Both the position numbers and the translations under genes were made by a program. DNA of 43,525 nucleotides from the IMG/VR virus record IMGVR_UViG_3300032608_000646, positions 1 to 43,525 of that record; one strand, 5' to 3'. The DNA is from a virus. Taxonomy: Duplodnaviria; Caudoviricetes. The notes below the pieces were generated by a model that was given only the letters and a program-made list of their open reading frames with translations, made no database searches and was not told the origin of the DNA. This document shows positions 34,178 through 43,525 of the stretch, in pieces (within the stretch, counting starts at the first letter, position 1; each line of letters begins with the position of its first letter).

Positions 34178-34611
34178 CTTGGGCAGTAGATTTACATACA
34201 GGGGCAAATACATGGATTTCGCAGGTTAAATTTCCAGATCCAGATTCTGCTGAACTCGGAGAGGATGTTATATCTACTTCTGAAGTACAGCGTTCGATTG
34301 ATGGTTCTCAAGTAGTGACTCAGCCGGAAAGAACATATAATCTTGAGCCGATAATGCTTAATTGGTCTTTGAGATATAGAGCAACTGGTTCCGGTATAAC
34401 TTTTAATACAGTATCCTTAAAAGAAAGAGTGGAGAACTATATAAAGTCAGGTTCTGGATTAAAACTAACTACGCATACTGGTAAGGATTTTGTTGGACAA
34501 TTTACTCGTATGAGTAATAGGTGGAGATTATCAGGTTCCACACAAAAATATGATGTATCTGCGGAGTTCCAGCAACTTGATGTTGAGATGTTAAGGGATC
34601 AGCAATGGTAA
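34165..34611 (+). CDS. distal tail protein (putative)
   Basis: Small beta-rich protein directly after TMP, RSIDGS motif; start may be ATG 34174. Confidence 0.55.
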   Translation: MGKMTWAVDLHTGANTWISQVKFPDPDSAELGEDVISTSEVQRSIDGSQVVTQPERTYNLEPIMLNWSLRYRATGSGITFNTVSLKERVENYIKSGSGLKLTTHTGKDFVGQFTRMSNRWRLSGSTQKYDVSAEFQQLDVEMLRDQQW

Positions 34612-34639
34612 TTTCGCAAGATATGTATAAGGGCCAAAC

Positions 34640-37600
34640 ATGGCAAATCAGACATATAATGCTGCGACACATACATATGGAGATACTAATCTTGAATATG
34701 ATGGTCTTTTAGAATCATCAAGTTCCTCATCATCTAGTTCCTCATCATCTAGTTCGTCATCATCATCAAGTTCGTCGTCATCATTATCCAGTTCATCTAG
34801 TTCTAGTTCAAGCTTTAGTTCGTCATCGTCAAGTTATTCTAGTTCATGTTCATCATCAAGTTCGTCATCATCATTATCCAGTTCTAGTTCTTCATCATCC
34901 AGTTCATCTAGTTCATCATCAAGTTCGTCATCATCATTGTCCAGTTCTTCAAGTTCTAGTTCCAGCTCATCTAGTTCTAGTTCATCATCATCATTTTCTA
35001 GTTCATCATCATCAAGTTCTAGCTCTAGTTCATCATCTTCATTGTCAAGCTCGTCATCGTCTAGTTCATCTAGTTCTAGCTCTAGTTCATCATCTTCATT
35101 GTCAAGTTCGTCAAGTTCATCAAGTTTGAGTTCCAGCTCATCATCTTCATTATCCAGCTCATCATCATCCAGTTCATCTAGTTCATCATCCAGCTCATCA
35201 TCATCCAGTTCATCTAGTTCATCATCAAGTTCGTCATCATCATTGTCTAGTTCTTCAAGCTCTAGTTCTTCTTCTAGTTCATCTAGTTCTTCAAGCTCTA
35301 GTTCTTCAAGTTCATCATTAGCGCCCGGGTGGATTGGGGTTAATAGCAGTATGCTTAATTCATCTTGTGGAGATGATGGAGGTGACACAACTGTTGAAAA
35401 TGCCCTTGATGGGACTAATGTTTGGAAACATACTGTAGATGAAGTTCATTTTGTAATTATAGATTTAGGAATCAGTCGCTATATCACACAAGTAAGGGGT
35501 AGAAGTGGAGGGGATTTAAGCAGAGATCCAACAAGTGTTTCTATTTGGGTTAGTGATGTTATAGGAGCTTGGGGTGATACGGTTAAAACAGGTATTACTA
35601 CATGGCAAGATACTATTGTATGGCAAGAAGTTGAACTTACTACTCCTAAAAATGGGCGCTATGTAAGAGTTTTAATTGAGGATACTGAATCACCGGATGA
35701 TTATTTAGAGTTTGGTGGTTTTACGGGAACTTTTTTTCCTATTTTTGATATATATGTTGCTGGAAGTTCATCAAGTTCAAGCTCATCATCATCAAGCTCA
35801 TCATCATCTATAAGTTCCAGTTCATCCAGTTCCAGTTCATCATCATCTAGTTCTCTTTCTAGTTCGTCGAGTTCGTCAAGCTCAAGTTCATCAAGCTATA
35901 GTTCATCAAGCTCTAGTTCATCAAGTTCTAGTTCTTTGAGTTCCAGCTCATCTAGCTCTAGTTCATTATCATCAAGCTCAAGTTCGAGTTCGTCATCATC
36001 AAGCTCAAGTTCATCATTATCCAGTTCATCTAGTTCAAGTTCAAGTTCATCATCATCAAGTTCATCTAGCTCAAGTTCATCATCATCTAGTTCATCTTTG
36101 TCAAGTTCATCAAGTTCATCATCATCTAGTTCTTCATCATCTAGTTCATCATCTTCGAGTTCGTTGAGTTCTAGTTCAAGTTCTAGTAGTTCTACTGATA
36201 CAACATGGATTTATAATGATACAAGAGGCACATATGGAGATGTTAATCTCGAATATGATGGGGGATTAGAATCTTCTAGTAGCTCGTTATCCTCTAGTTC
36301 TAGTTCTTCAAGCTTAAGTAGTTCATCTAGTTCTAGTTCATCTAGTTCTAGTTCATCTAGTTCATTGAGTTCTAGTTCTTCCAGCTCATCATCAAGTTCA
36401 TCTAGCTCTAGTTCATCTAGCTCTAGTTCATCAAGTTCTAGTTCTTCAAGTTCTAGTTTATCAAGTTCTAGTTCGTCTAGTTCCAGTTCATCGAGTTCTT
36501 TAAGTTCAAGTTCAAGTTCATCAAGTTCAAGTTCTAGTTCTTCAAGTTCCTTAAGTTCAAGTTCATCAAGTTCGAGTTCATCAAGTTCGAGTTCAAGTTC
36601 AAGTTCATTATCATCTGAAAGTTCTTCTAGTTCTAGTTCAAGTTCCAGTTCATTATCAAGTTCTAGTTCGAGTTCAAGTTCATCAAGTTCTAGTTCATCA
36701 AGTTCTAGTTCAAGTTCATTATCATCTAGCTCCAGTTCAAGCTCGTCATCATCTTTATCCAGTTCATCATCATCAAGCTCATCCAGTTCCAGTTCTAGTT
36801 CAAGTTCATCATCATCAAGCTCATCTAGTTCGAGTTCTAGTTCGTCATCATCAAGCTCATCTAGTTCGAGTTCTAGTTCGTCATCATCATTCTCTAGTTC
36901 AAGTTCATCATCATCATTATCTAGTTCGTCTAGTTCAAGCTCATCATTATCCAGTTCATCTAGTTCAAGTCTTTCTACATCTCGGTTTACTCCTGATGCT
37001 ATAGATGCTTTAGGTAAAAGAAATATACAGAAATACATTGAGGTATTCATAAATGATGAAAGGATATCAAGTAATAGAGTTTTATCATATGGATATTCTC
37101 AAAATAAAGATTTTGCGGCAGATCAACTTTCTCTTGTGTTAGATAATAGGGATGGTGCCTATTCGCCATCAAATAAGGATTGGTATAATGTTGAAGTGAA
37201 GTTTTTTGAGGGAATATTCGCAGGCGGCAGGCTCTCTAAGCAACAGAAATTCAGGGGAATCATAAGACAAATTGAAACAGCGCATAATGCTGGCGTGAAT
37301 GTAACTAACATAACAGCTTTTGATTATGTAGTAAGGTTACAGGAATTGGAGATAGAACAACTTTATGAGGCACAAAAAGTAAAAGTTAATCTTGAGACCC
37401 CTTCAGTTAATTTTATTTCGTTTAGTGCTTCTATAAATGGGTCACCTTCTACAACAAGCGTGGTTTATGATGGAGAAGCAAACGAAAGCGATCTTACTGC
37501 AGGGGATACTTTATATAATGTTACGGACAGTTATTCGACACGAACTGTTGTCTCTGTAAATACAGGTACAAAAACTATTACTACTACCGCGAAATCTGAT

Positions 37601-39958
37601 AGTTGGGCAAATAATGACACCATTGTTGATTCTACAAGGGTACAGGTATTAGATTTAGCAAATTCTAACATAGCTGATTTTCCTATACCTACTATAAAAA
37701 TACAAAATAGGGATGACTTATTAGAGGATCCTTTATGGGAAGGATTTGAAATGATGTATCAAAATGGACAAATCCTTCTTGGAAAGCCTATCAATTGGGC
37801 TGAATATCTTATAAGGTGTAGTTATTACTATTACCCTACATCTTCTTCAATGTATGTAGAAGACATTATACAGGATATTATTACTACAGTAGATGGTTAT
37901 GGTAACATACCATTTACAACAGGTACCAACCTATCAAGAAATTTTAGCAATATGGCGAATAAGACTATTGATACTTTAAAACCTAACTCAGATACTGAAA
38001 TCATTGATGGTACATCATACGCTGCTGGGCGTATTTGGTATTTAACTTACAATAATGTATGGAGTTTAAATCAGAATAGCTTTACAGTACAGGGAGGCAC
38101 TATTTCAAGCGTAGATAATAGATATGGCCGCATTTTCTTGGATGCGGCTATAGGAACTTCAAGTATAGTTACCTATGGTCAGGATTATACTTTTTGTACC
38201 TTACAGGCTACAGGGATTCAATTCACTAAAGTTGATCTTACATATGAACAGATCAATAATAGATTAGAAGCTGTTAATAAGTTAAGAGATTTAGTGGCGC
38301 CGAATTATGTCTTCCAGACTCGTGGCTCCAGAAGCATATGGGGAAGATACTTATATCAAAAAAATACAGCTGATTATCAAGCGAAAAATCTGCTTAATTT
38401 AAGCAAAGCTGAGGACATAGAAGTATATACAAGGGTAAGATTGTTTGGGCGTAATAATAATCCAGAAAATCTTATGATGAATCCTAATACTGAAATAGAG
38501 CAGGATACATCTGATTATTATGGGTCTCCTATTAATAGAGAATTAACATTTTCTGCTGAAGATAGCGGGTGGCGTGAGTACACTACAGGTTTGGGTGAGA
38601 ATGCTAAAATAGTACCCACTTATGAGGGGATTAATTCTTGGCCAATTGTTTATATTAATAATATACCAATAGATAATGAATCACATGAAATGCTGCTGCA
38701 ACAAGCGGCAATTAAAAGGCGCGAGACATACAAACAGGAATGTCATTCTTGGTGCCAGAAGTATAAACAAAGAAGTTATAGGCAGTATTGGATTTACTTT
38801 TCACATTCTGATATAGACCCTGCCAGCCCAATTACTTTATATGATGCTAATGGCACTGTATTAAAAACTCTTATTAGATATCATACAGAAGTTAATTATG
38901 GAGCAGGTTATTGGTATAGAAATGTTGGAGAAGGGACCGCTTCATGGGTAGAAAATGTTTCTACTGCGTCATATTTTGTTAAGTATTCTCAAGGGAAATT
39001 ACAAATTTTGTGGGATGAAGGTAAATTTAGACTGCATAACTCTCTTTTTAGTACGCAAAGACAAGATTTAGTAACAGCTTCTTTTACATATTCAGCAATT
39101 TATCAAGCCCCTGGTGGCTCAGATTTATTAATAGATGGGCGTCCAAGCACGCAGGTGCAGACCACTTTTAATGCAAAACCGTCTTCTGGGTTCACATGGG
39201 CTATTGTTGATTTTGGTTCAGTAAAAGAGATGGACGCCATAGATATTGTAGGAGGCTTCTATTATCCAGATTTAGATTCTCCCGCGAGAAAATTTAATAC
39301 AGTAGGATGGTTTACCATGGAGTACTCACCTGATGATGAAGATAGTTCTACTGATGCTACGTTTTATCCTTTATGCCCAGAAGCTATTAATTTTAAATTA
39401 GAGGGGGGAGAAAGTAAATCTTTTGAGAGGGACGATTTAGGGCAATCGTTTGAAGCCAGATATCTAAAGATTAAAATAGAAGATTTAGAACTGATACCTT
39501 ATGGGAGTGAACCGCTATATGTCGTAGCCTTTTCTGAGCTTGCCGCATATAATAATGTAGTATTTTCTACTGAAGCTCTTCTTGTGACTGATCCACTTGA
39601 TGATGATTCTAATCATCTTTATGATGCGGATGGTTTATTAGCTAAGCTAGGCGATAAAGTTTATAAAGAAACTACTATTAATGATACTTTAACATCTGAG
39701 GTATATCTTAAAAGAAAAGCAAAAGGATTATTAAGGGAGTTTACAAAAAATCATACTAAACTTACAGCACGTTGTGCTTATGGCCCACACTATGAAGTAG
39801 GGCAAACTTTACAGATAGTTGATAATAAAAATAGTATTAACGCTAATTATTTTGTAGAAGCGGTTAATAATAACAATGGCAGTATCAATTTAAGCCTTGC
39901 TAAATATCCACAATATACAGCTTTAGGTGGGCAAGACCCAGGAGTCGCAAACCAATGA
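34640..39958 (+). CDS. giant tail-tip/hub protein with N-terminal poly-Ser and discoidin-like modules
   Basis: From ~36983 hub-like motifs (DQLSLVLDNRDGAYSP, FRGII, TAFDY; C-terminal GPHYEVGQTLQI); discoidin-like domains at 35318-35764 and ~39120-39550. Confidence 0.75.
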   Translation: MANQTYNAATHTYGDTNLEYDGLLESSSSSSSSSSSSSSSSSSSSSSSLSSSSSSSSSFSSSSSSYSSSCSSSSSSSSLSSSSSSSSSSSSSSSSSSSSLSSSSSSSSSSSSSSSSSSFSSSSSSSSSSSSSSSLSSSSSSSSSSSSSSSSSSLSSSSSSSSLSSSSSSSLSSSSSSSSSSSSSSSSSSSSSSSSSSSSSSLSSSSSSSSSSSSSSSSSSSSSSSSLAPGWIGVNSSMLNSSCGDDGGDTTVENALDGTNVWKHTVDEVHFVIIDLGISRYITQVRGRSGGDLSRDPTSVSIWVSDVIGAWGDTVKTGITTWQDTIVWQEVELTTPKNGRYVRVLIEDTESPDDYLEFGGFTGTFFPIFDIYVAGSSSSSSSSSSSSSSSISSSSSSSSSSSSSSLSSSSSSSSSSSSSYSSSSSSSSSSSSLSSSSSSSSSLSSSSSSSSSSSSSSSSLSSSSSSSSSSSSSSSSSSSSSSSSSSLSSSSSSSSSSSSSSSSSSSSSLSSSSSSSSSTDTTWIYNDTRGTYGDVNLEYDGGLESSSSSLSSSSSSSSLSSSSSSSSSSSSSSSSLSSSSSSSSSSSSSSSSSSSSSSSSSSSSSSLSSSSSSSSSSSSSLSSSSSSSSSSSSSSSSLSSSSSSSSSSSSSSSSSSLSSESSSSSSSSSSSLSSSSSSSSSSSSSSSSSSSSSLSSSSSSSSSSSLSSSSSSSSSSSSSSSSSSSSSSSSSSSSSSSSSSSSSSSSSSSSFSSSSSSSSLSSSSSSSSSLSSSSSSSLSTSRFTPDAIDALGKRNIQKYIEVFINDERISSNRVLSYGYSQNKDFAADQLSLVLDNRDGAYSPSNKDWYNVEVKFFEGIFAGGRLSKQQKFRGIIRQIETAHNAGVNVTNITAFDYVVRLQELEIEQLYEAQKVKVNLETPSVNFISFSASINGSPSTTSVVYDGEANESDLTAGDTLYNVTDSYSTRTVVSVNTGTKTITTTAKSDSWANNDTIVDSTRVQVLDLANSNIADFPIPTIKIQNRDDLLEDPLWEGFEMMYQNGQILLGKPINWAEYLIRCSYYYYPTSSSMYVEDIIQDIITTVDGYGNIPFTTGTNLSRNFSNMANKTIDTLKPNSDTEIIDGTSYAAGRIWYLTYNNVWSLNQNSFTVQGGTISSVDNRYGRIFLDAAIGTSSIVTYGQDYTFCTLQATGIQFTKVDLTYEQINNRLEAVNKLRDLVAPNYVFQTRGSRSIWGRYLYQKNTADYQAKNLLNLSKAEDIEVYTRVRLFGRNNNPENLMMNPNTEIEQDTSDYYGSPINRELTFSAEDSGWREYTTGLGENAKIVPTYEGINSWPIVYINNIPIDNESHEMLLQQAAIKRRETYKQECHSWCQKYKQRSYRQYWIYFSHSDIDPASPITLYDANGTVLKTLIRYHTEVNYGAGYWYRNVGEGTASWVENVSTASYFVKYSQGKLQILWDEGKFRLHNSLFSTQRQDLVTASFTYSAIYQAPGGSDLLIDGRPSTQVQTTFNAKPSSGFTWAIVDFGSVKEMDAIDIVGGFYYPDLDSPARKFNTVGWFTMEYSPDDEDSSTDATFYPLCPEAINFKLEGGESKSFERDDLGQSFEARYLKIKIEDLELIPYGSEPLYVVAFSELAAYNNVVFSTEALLVTDPLDDDSNHLYDADGLLAKLGDKVYKETTINDTLTSEVYLKRKAKGLLREFTKNHTKLTARCAYGPHYEVGQTLQIVDNKNSINANYFVEAVNNNNGSINLSLAKYPQYTALGGQDPGVANQ
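34715..35317 (+). repeat. poly-serine coding tract (201 codons)
   Basis: All six Ser codons used; sparse L/F/Y/C. Confidence 0.95.
35765..36193 (+). repeat. poly-serine coding tract (143 codons)
   Basis: Mixed Ser codons; sparse L/I/Y. Confidence 0.95.
36272..36976 (+). repeat. poly-serine coding tract (~235 codons)
   Basis: Mixed Ser codons; sparse L/F/E. Confidence 0.95.
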
Positions 39959-40830
39959 TAGCTAAAGAATATTTTACTCAATGCTATAAAGATGACATAT
40001 ATCAAACAGTTAAATATTTAGACAGCAATTTTCTTGTTGATCTAGATTATTTTCATAAATTAACTGATGGGTTCCCTTTATCCATTGATGGCTACATTGA
40101 TTTTTCAATCAAGGAGTCAAATTCTAATATTAGATTTTTTTATGTTTTTTATGAGGATAAGGAACAAGAATGGATTAGAAATAATATTGAACGCATTACA
40201 GAGCGCGTCGCTCCATGGGCTAAAGACAGGGTCAAAGCGCTTGGAGATATTTTTGGAAAGGATTGCAAAATAGCTTTTGGCGGGAATATAACAAATCCTT
40301 ATTTTAAACTTTATATAGTCAGCGATAAGATTAAAGAGAACTTAGATAAAATAGCTACAATATTCCCATTTTATGTCGATAAAAACTTAGATTATACAAG
40401 CTTAAATATGATAGGATTTAATATCTTTCAAGATAGTGCCGCAATTAAGCTATATTTAATTTTTGAGCATCCGTCGCTTAATAAGATCCAAACATATTAT
40501 AAAGGCAATTTACCATTATGGGCATTAAAAGATTTAAGCACCTTAGAATCGTTTGTTACTATCTTGCCTAATGATGACTATAGGGCTGTTATCGTGTTAC
40601 CTACTTTATCTAATCCGAAGGTTAGAAACAGATTCTTGAAGGATGAAAAATTTAAACTTATTTTTAATAACGATAAAATATATCCAAGTTGGGTTGGTTT
40701 TAATTCTAAAGGATTAGTTGATATTGTATATTTTAAACCAAAGAGAGATTATCTTTTAGTTGGAGAAGAAAAAGATGTCTCCTTTAAAGATTCAGACTAT
40801 AAGGACTATCAAAATGCTCAAAGAGACTGA
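39955..40830 (+). CDS. putative ABBA-fold prenyltransferase, LynF/TruF/PatF-like
   Basis: 291 aa with five beta-hairpin-like units; DFSIK...RFFYVFYEDKEQEW, FKLYI...ENLDK, NMIGFNIF...IKLY, P.WAL..L, SWVG and VYFK are colinear with the PagF sequence as I recall it. Unverified. Confidence 0.55.
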   Translation: MIAKEYFTQCYKDDIYQTVKYLDSNFLVDLDYFHKLTDGFPLSIDGYIDFSIKESNSNIRFFYVFYEDKEQEWIRNNIERITERVAPWAKDRVKALGDIFGKDCKIAFGGNITNPYFKLYIVSDKIKENLDKIATIFPFYVDKNLDYTSLNMIGFNIFQDSAAIKLYLIFEHPSLNKIQTYYKGNLPLWALKDLSTLESFVTILPNDDYRAVIVLPTLSNPKVRNRFLKDEKFKLIFNNDKIYPSWVGFNSKGLVDIVYFKPKRDYLLVGEEKDVSFKDSDYKDYQNAQRD

Positions 40831-43093
40831 AGGTTTATATCCGTTAATATCTAAAATGGTAGAAGAGCGCATTAATAGCGCCTTTACTGGAAAAAAGCTA
40901 GGCAGCTTACAAAGCCTTACAGGGGTAGCTGTCCAGTCTAATAGAACTTTCAATGAAACAGTTAATGAAATGATAAAGCTATTTGCTAAAAAAGCCGACT
41001 TAGTTGAAGTATCAGCTAAATTGGACGACTTGGCGCAATCTCTAGCCTATATGGTTCCAGAAAAAATCGTAACGGGATTAGACGTAACAGCTGATTCTCC
41101 TCCATCTATGAATATTAACATTTCAGCTGGTTATGGTGGCGCTCGCGGGCGCCCCTGTAGATTAGATGATGCTAAACAAGTAAGAATACCTACTTCTGAT
41201 ATACCTGTTTATTATGTTCAATTGCAAAGTTATGGTCAAGTAAATATTACACCGAATGATGATCCAGAATCTCTTACATTAGCTAAAATAATAATACCTA
41301 AGCCAGGCACTACACTTGCTATACAGAACGATAAAGTTGAGACAGTTGACAGTTATGATGGTTATATTATTTCAGCAAAGGACATGTATTTTGGGGAAGA
41401 TCAAGAATTTGATGATGCTTCATTGGAGGTTATGCGCGATGCTATTGGTGATATTCTTGCTGATAATATCGTAGGCAATATCAGGTTAAGTGAAGATTTA
41501 AAAATTATAAATACCGCTGGTACTCTTGAGTTAAATAGTAATTCAGTCAAAATTACAGATGAAGATGGGAATAGATTAGCCGAATTTAATTCTAATGGCA
41601 CATATTTTTATAATACAGCTGGAACAGAAGTAGCGCGTTTTTCAAGTAATGAGGCACGCATAGGCAATATGAAGATAACACCCACTACCATGGAATCAGT
41701 GCCTTTTTCTTCTGGCCCATTTGGAACAGGTTTCAGGATACAAGATAGTGGAGACGCGGAATTTAATAATATTTATTTAAGAGGAAAATTAGGCGCCAGT
41801 GTTTTTGAATATAATACTATATCCGCGGTAGGTGGAAATGTTTTAATTTCTAAAGATGCTGATAAACTTGATGCGGATATGACTACAAGCGCTACTACAT
41901 TAACAACTACAGGAGATGTAGAGTTTGCTGTAGGGGACTTTTTAGAAATGAAAACAGGGGCCGTTGAGATTGAATACTTTGAAGTAACAGGTGTGACATC
42001 AGCTACAACTTATACAGTTACGAGAGACAAAGGAAGTACTGGCGCATTGGCGTGGAAAAAAGGAACTGCTATTGTAAACTTAGGAGCGAGCGGAGATGGT
42101 GGTATATATATGACTGCTTCAGAGTCAAACGCTCCTTATATATCTGTTTTTACACATGCGGGAGCACCTTGGAGTACTCTTACAACACGTGCTAGATTAG
42201 GAAATCTTAATGGTTATTTAGGTTATTCTACTGATTTATATGGTATAGCCATAGGCGAAACAGATGCTTATTTAAAATATGATCCTACTAATGGTATGGC
42301 CATTAAAGGTTCTATTACAGTCACAGGTGGAGATGCCTCTAAAACTTTTTATCAAGCAACTGAACCAAGTGGAGAAGGCGAAAAAGATGGTGATTTCTGG
42401 GTAGATACTGATGATGATGATAAATTATATGTTTATAATTCAGGTGCATGGGCAGCAGCAGGTGCTACTGGTGGCATCGAATCTTTTAGACAATCGGCTA
42501 TTCCTACAGCTTTAAACGCGGGTGATTTATGGATAGACACGGATGATGATAAATTATATAGAGCTACTAATGCTGGAGATGACCAGATAACAGCTGGTGA
42601 ATGGGAATTACAAAATGCCGCAATAGCTACAGGTTGGTCGCATGGTTCAGATGTTACAAAAATAGATGGAGGCGATGTATATACAGGTTCTATTACAGCT
42701 GCAAAAATAACTGTTACTAATTTGTCAGCTCTTTCAGCGGATCTCGGCACTATTACAGCAGGGCTTGTTACGGGTGCCACTATAAGGACTGCGGCATCTG
42801 GATCCAGAGTTGAGTTATATTCAGATGCCAGTACAGGCCTTATTGCTTATGATGATAGTGCTAATGAAATTTTTAAAGTGCTTATAGGAGGCGCTAATGT
42901 TGGAGATGTTGTTATAGGAGATTACTCTAATTCAAAAGGGCTTTTTTGGGATAAATCAGCAGGCAAATTTACTGTTAAAGGGACTATGAATATTGGTGCA
43001 GCGGGTAGTGTTTATCTTGATGGGGATAATCAAGTTATTAAAGTATATGACACTACTCCAAATTTACGCGTTGAGATAGGGTTATTATCATGA
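40760..43093 (+). CDS. tail fibre / central tail protein
   Basis: GFRIQDSGDAEFNNIYLRG, two GD(F/L)W.DTDDD.KLY repeats, ITAAKI..LSALSADLGTITAG, ends LRVEIGLL; start may be ATG 40775. Confidence 0.8.
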   Translation: MEKKKMSPLKIQTIRTIKMLKETEGLYPLISKMVEERINSAFTGKKLGSLQSLTGVAVQSNRTFNETVNEMIKLFAKKADLVEVSAKLDDLAQSLAYMVPEKIVTGLDVTADSPPSMNINISAGYGGARGRPCRLDDAKQVRIPTSDIPVYYVQLQSYGQVNITPNDDPESLTLAKIIIPKPGTTLAIQNDKVETVDSYDGYIISAKDMYFGEDQEFDDASLEVMRDAIGDILADNIVGNIRLSEDLKIINTAGTLELNSNSVKITDEDGNRLAEFNSNGTYFYNTAGTEVARFSSNEARIGNMKITPTTMESVPFSSGPFGTGFRIQDSGDAEFNNIYLRGKLGASVFEYNTISAVGGNVLISKDADKLDADMTTSATTLTTTGDVEFAVGDFLEMKTGAVEIEYFEVTGVTSATTYTVTRDKGSTGALAWKKGTAIVNLGASGDGGIYMTASESNAPYISVFTHAGAPWSTLTTRARLGNLNGYLGYSTDLYGIAIGETDAYLKYDPTNGMAIKGSITVTGGDASKTFYQATEPSGEGEKDGDFWVDTDDDDKLYVYNSGAWAAAGATGGIESFRQSAIPTALNAGDLWIDTDDDKLYRATNAGDDQITAGEWELQNAAIATGWSHGSDVTKIDGGDVYTGSITAAKITVTNLSALSADLGTITAGLVTGATIRTAASGSRVELYSDASTGLIAYDDSANEIFKVLIGGANVGDVVIGDYSNSKGLFWDKSAGKFTVKGTMNIGAAGSVYLDGDNQVIKVYDTTPNLRVEIGLLS

Positions 43094-43525
43094 GTGATTA
43101 TGGTATTAGATTAACCGATGGGTCAGATACTTCTATCTTAGTGCCTGATCACATGACTGTTGTTAGTGCGGGACGTTTAACATTACCAGTAGGACTTAAT
43201 GGTGATAATACTTATGGAACTGATATAGCTTTACCAACGTCAAATGTTCCCAAGGAAAACATTGGAGTATTAGTTATTCCGCAAGGTGTTAATTACAGTA
43301 CTAATTTTACTGGATGGATTTCAGGATCTACTCTTTTGTTTGATACACATTATGCTAATAGTGGAACTTCTTATTATACAAGAAATGATTCTACTGGAGT
43401 AATGACTGCTTTTACAGCTGGGGCAAAAACTGCTAACAATAAAAGTACTTGGAACTCTGTATTTGCGACTTATCCAGTAGCTTTTTGGGATCAAATGGGA
43501 GCGACAACTTTTAATAATGTACGAC
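43090..43525 (+). CDS. tail-associated protein, truncated by the window end
   Basis: ATGA-coupled; MSDYGIRLTDG... typical of genes following central tail fibres; open to the end. Confidence 0.65.
   Translation, partial: MSDYGIRLTDGSDTSILVPDHMTVVSAGRLTLPVGLNGDNTYGTDIALPTSNVPKENIGVLVIPQGVNYSTNFTGWISGSTLLFDTHYANSGTSYYTRNDSTGVMTAFTAGAKTANNKSTWNSVFATYPVAFWDQMGATTFNNVR

Noticed and set aside
34834-35388. Minus-strand D/E/L-rich ORF
   Set aside because: Antisense shadow of Ser codons (TCA TCA reads GAT GAT etc.); no independent support.
36211-37050. Minus-strand 279-aa acidic ORF
   Set aside because: Same antisense artefact of the poly-Ser tract.
1-43525. Alternative genetic code / stop-codon reassignment
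   Set aside because: Genes are full length and tightly packed under code 11, with TAA, TGA and TAG all used as stops.

Overview
AT-rich, entirely + strand segment of a tailed dsDNA bacteriophage genome, most likely siphovirus-type. A canonical TTGACA-17-TATACT promoter points to a bacterial host. The left ~13 kb is accessory: many small Cys-rich ORFs (six share a CxxC-xx-[RK]-x-x-C-x-T motif), a coiled-coil gene followed by a ~240-nt structured ncRNA candidate, an HD hydrolase, three glycosyltransferase-like and two SAM methyltransferase genes, a ChaB-like protein, an HTH-HNH protein and GroES. The right ~30 kb is morphogenesis: terminase, portal, HK97 protease with nested scaffold, duplicated decoration genes, major capsid, neck, tail tube, frameshifted tail chaperone, tape measure, distal tail, tail tip and fibre. 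Unusual inserts in this operon are two proteins with very long poly-serine tracts flanking a shared discoidin-like domain, a tandem GT-B glycosyltransferase, an intein-containing NDP-sugar epimerase, and a 291-aa ORF resembling LynF/TruF/PatF peptide prenyltransferases directly after the giant poly-Ser tail protein. My best hypothesis (inference) is a phage-encoded virion-modification system that glycosylates, methylates and possibly prenylates poly-Ser scaffolds. All family assignments come from motif recognition by eye; no searches were run. No integrase, replication or clear lysis genes were seen.
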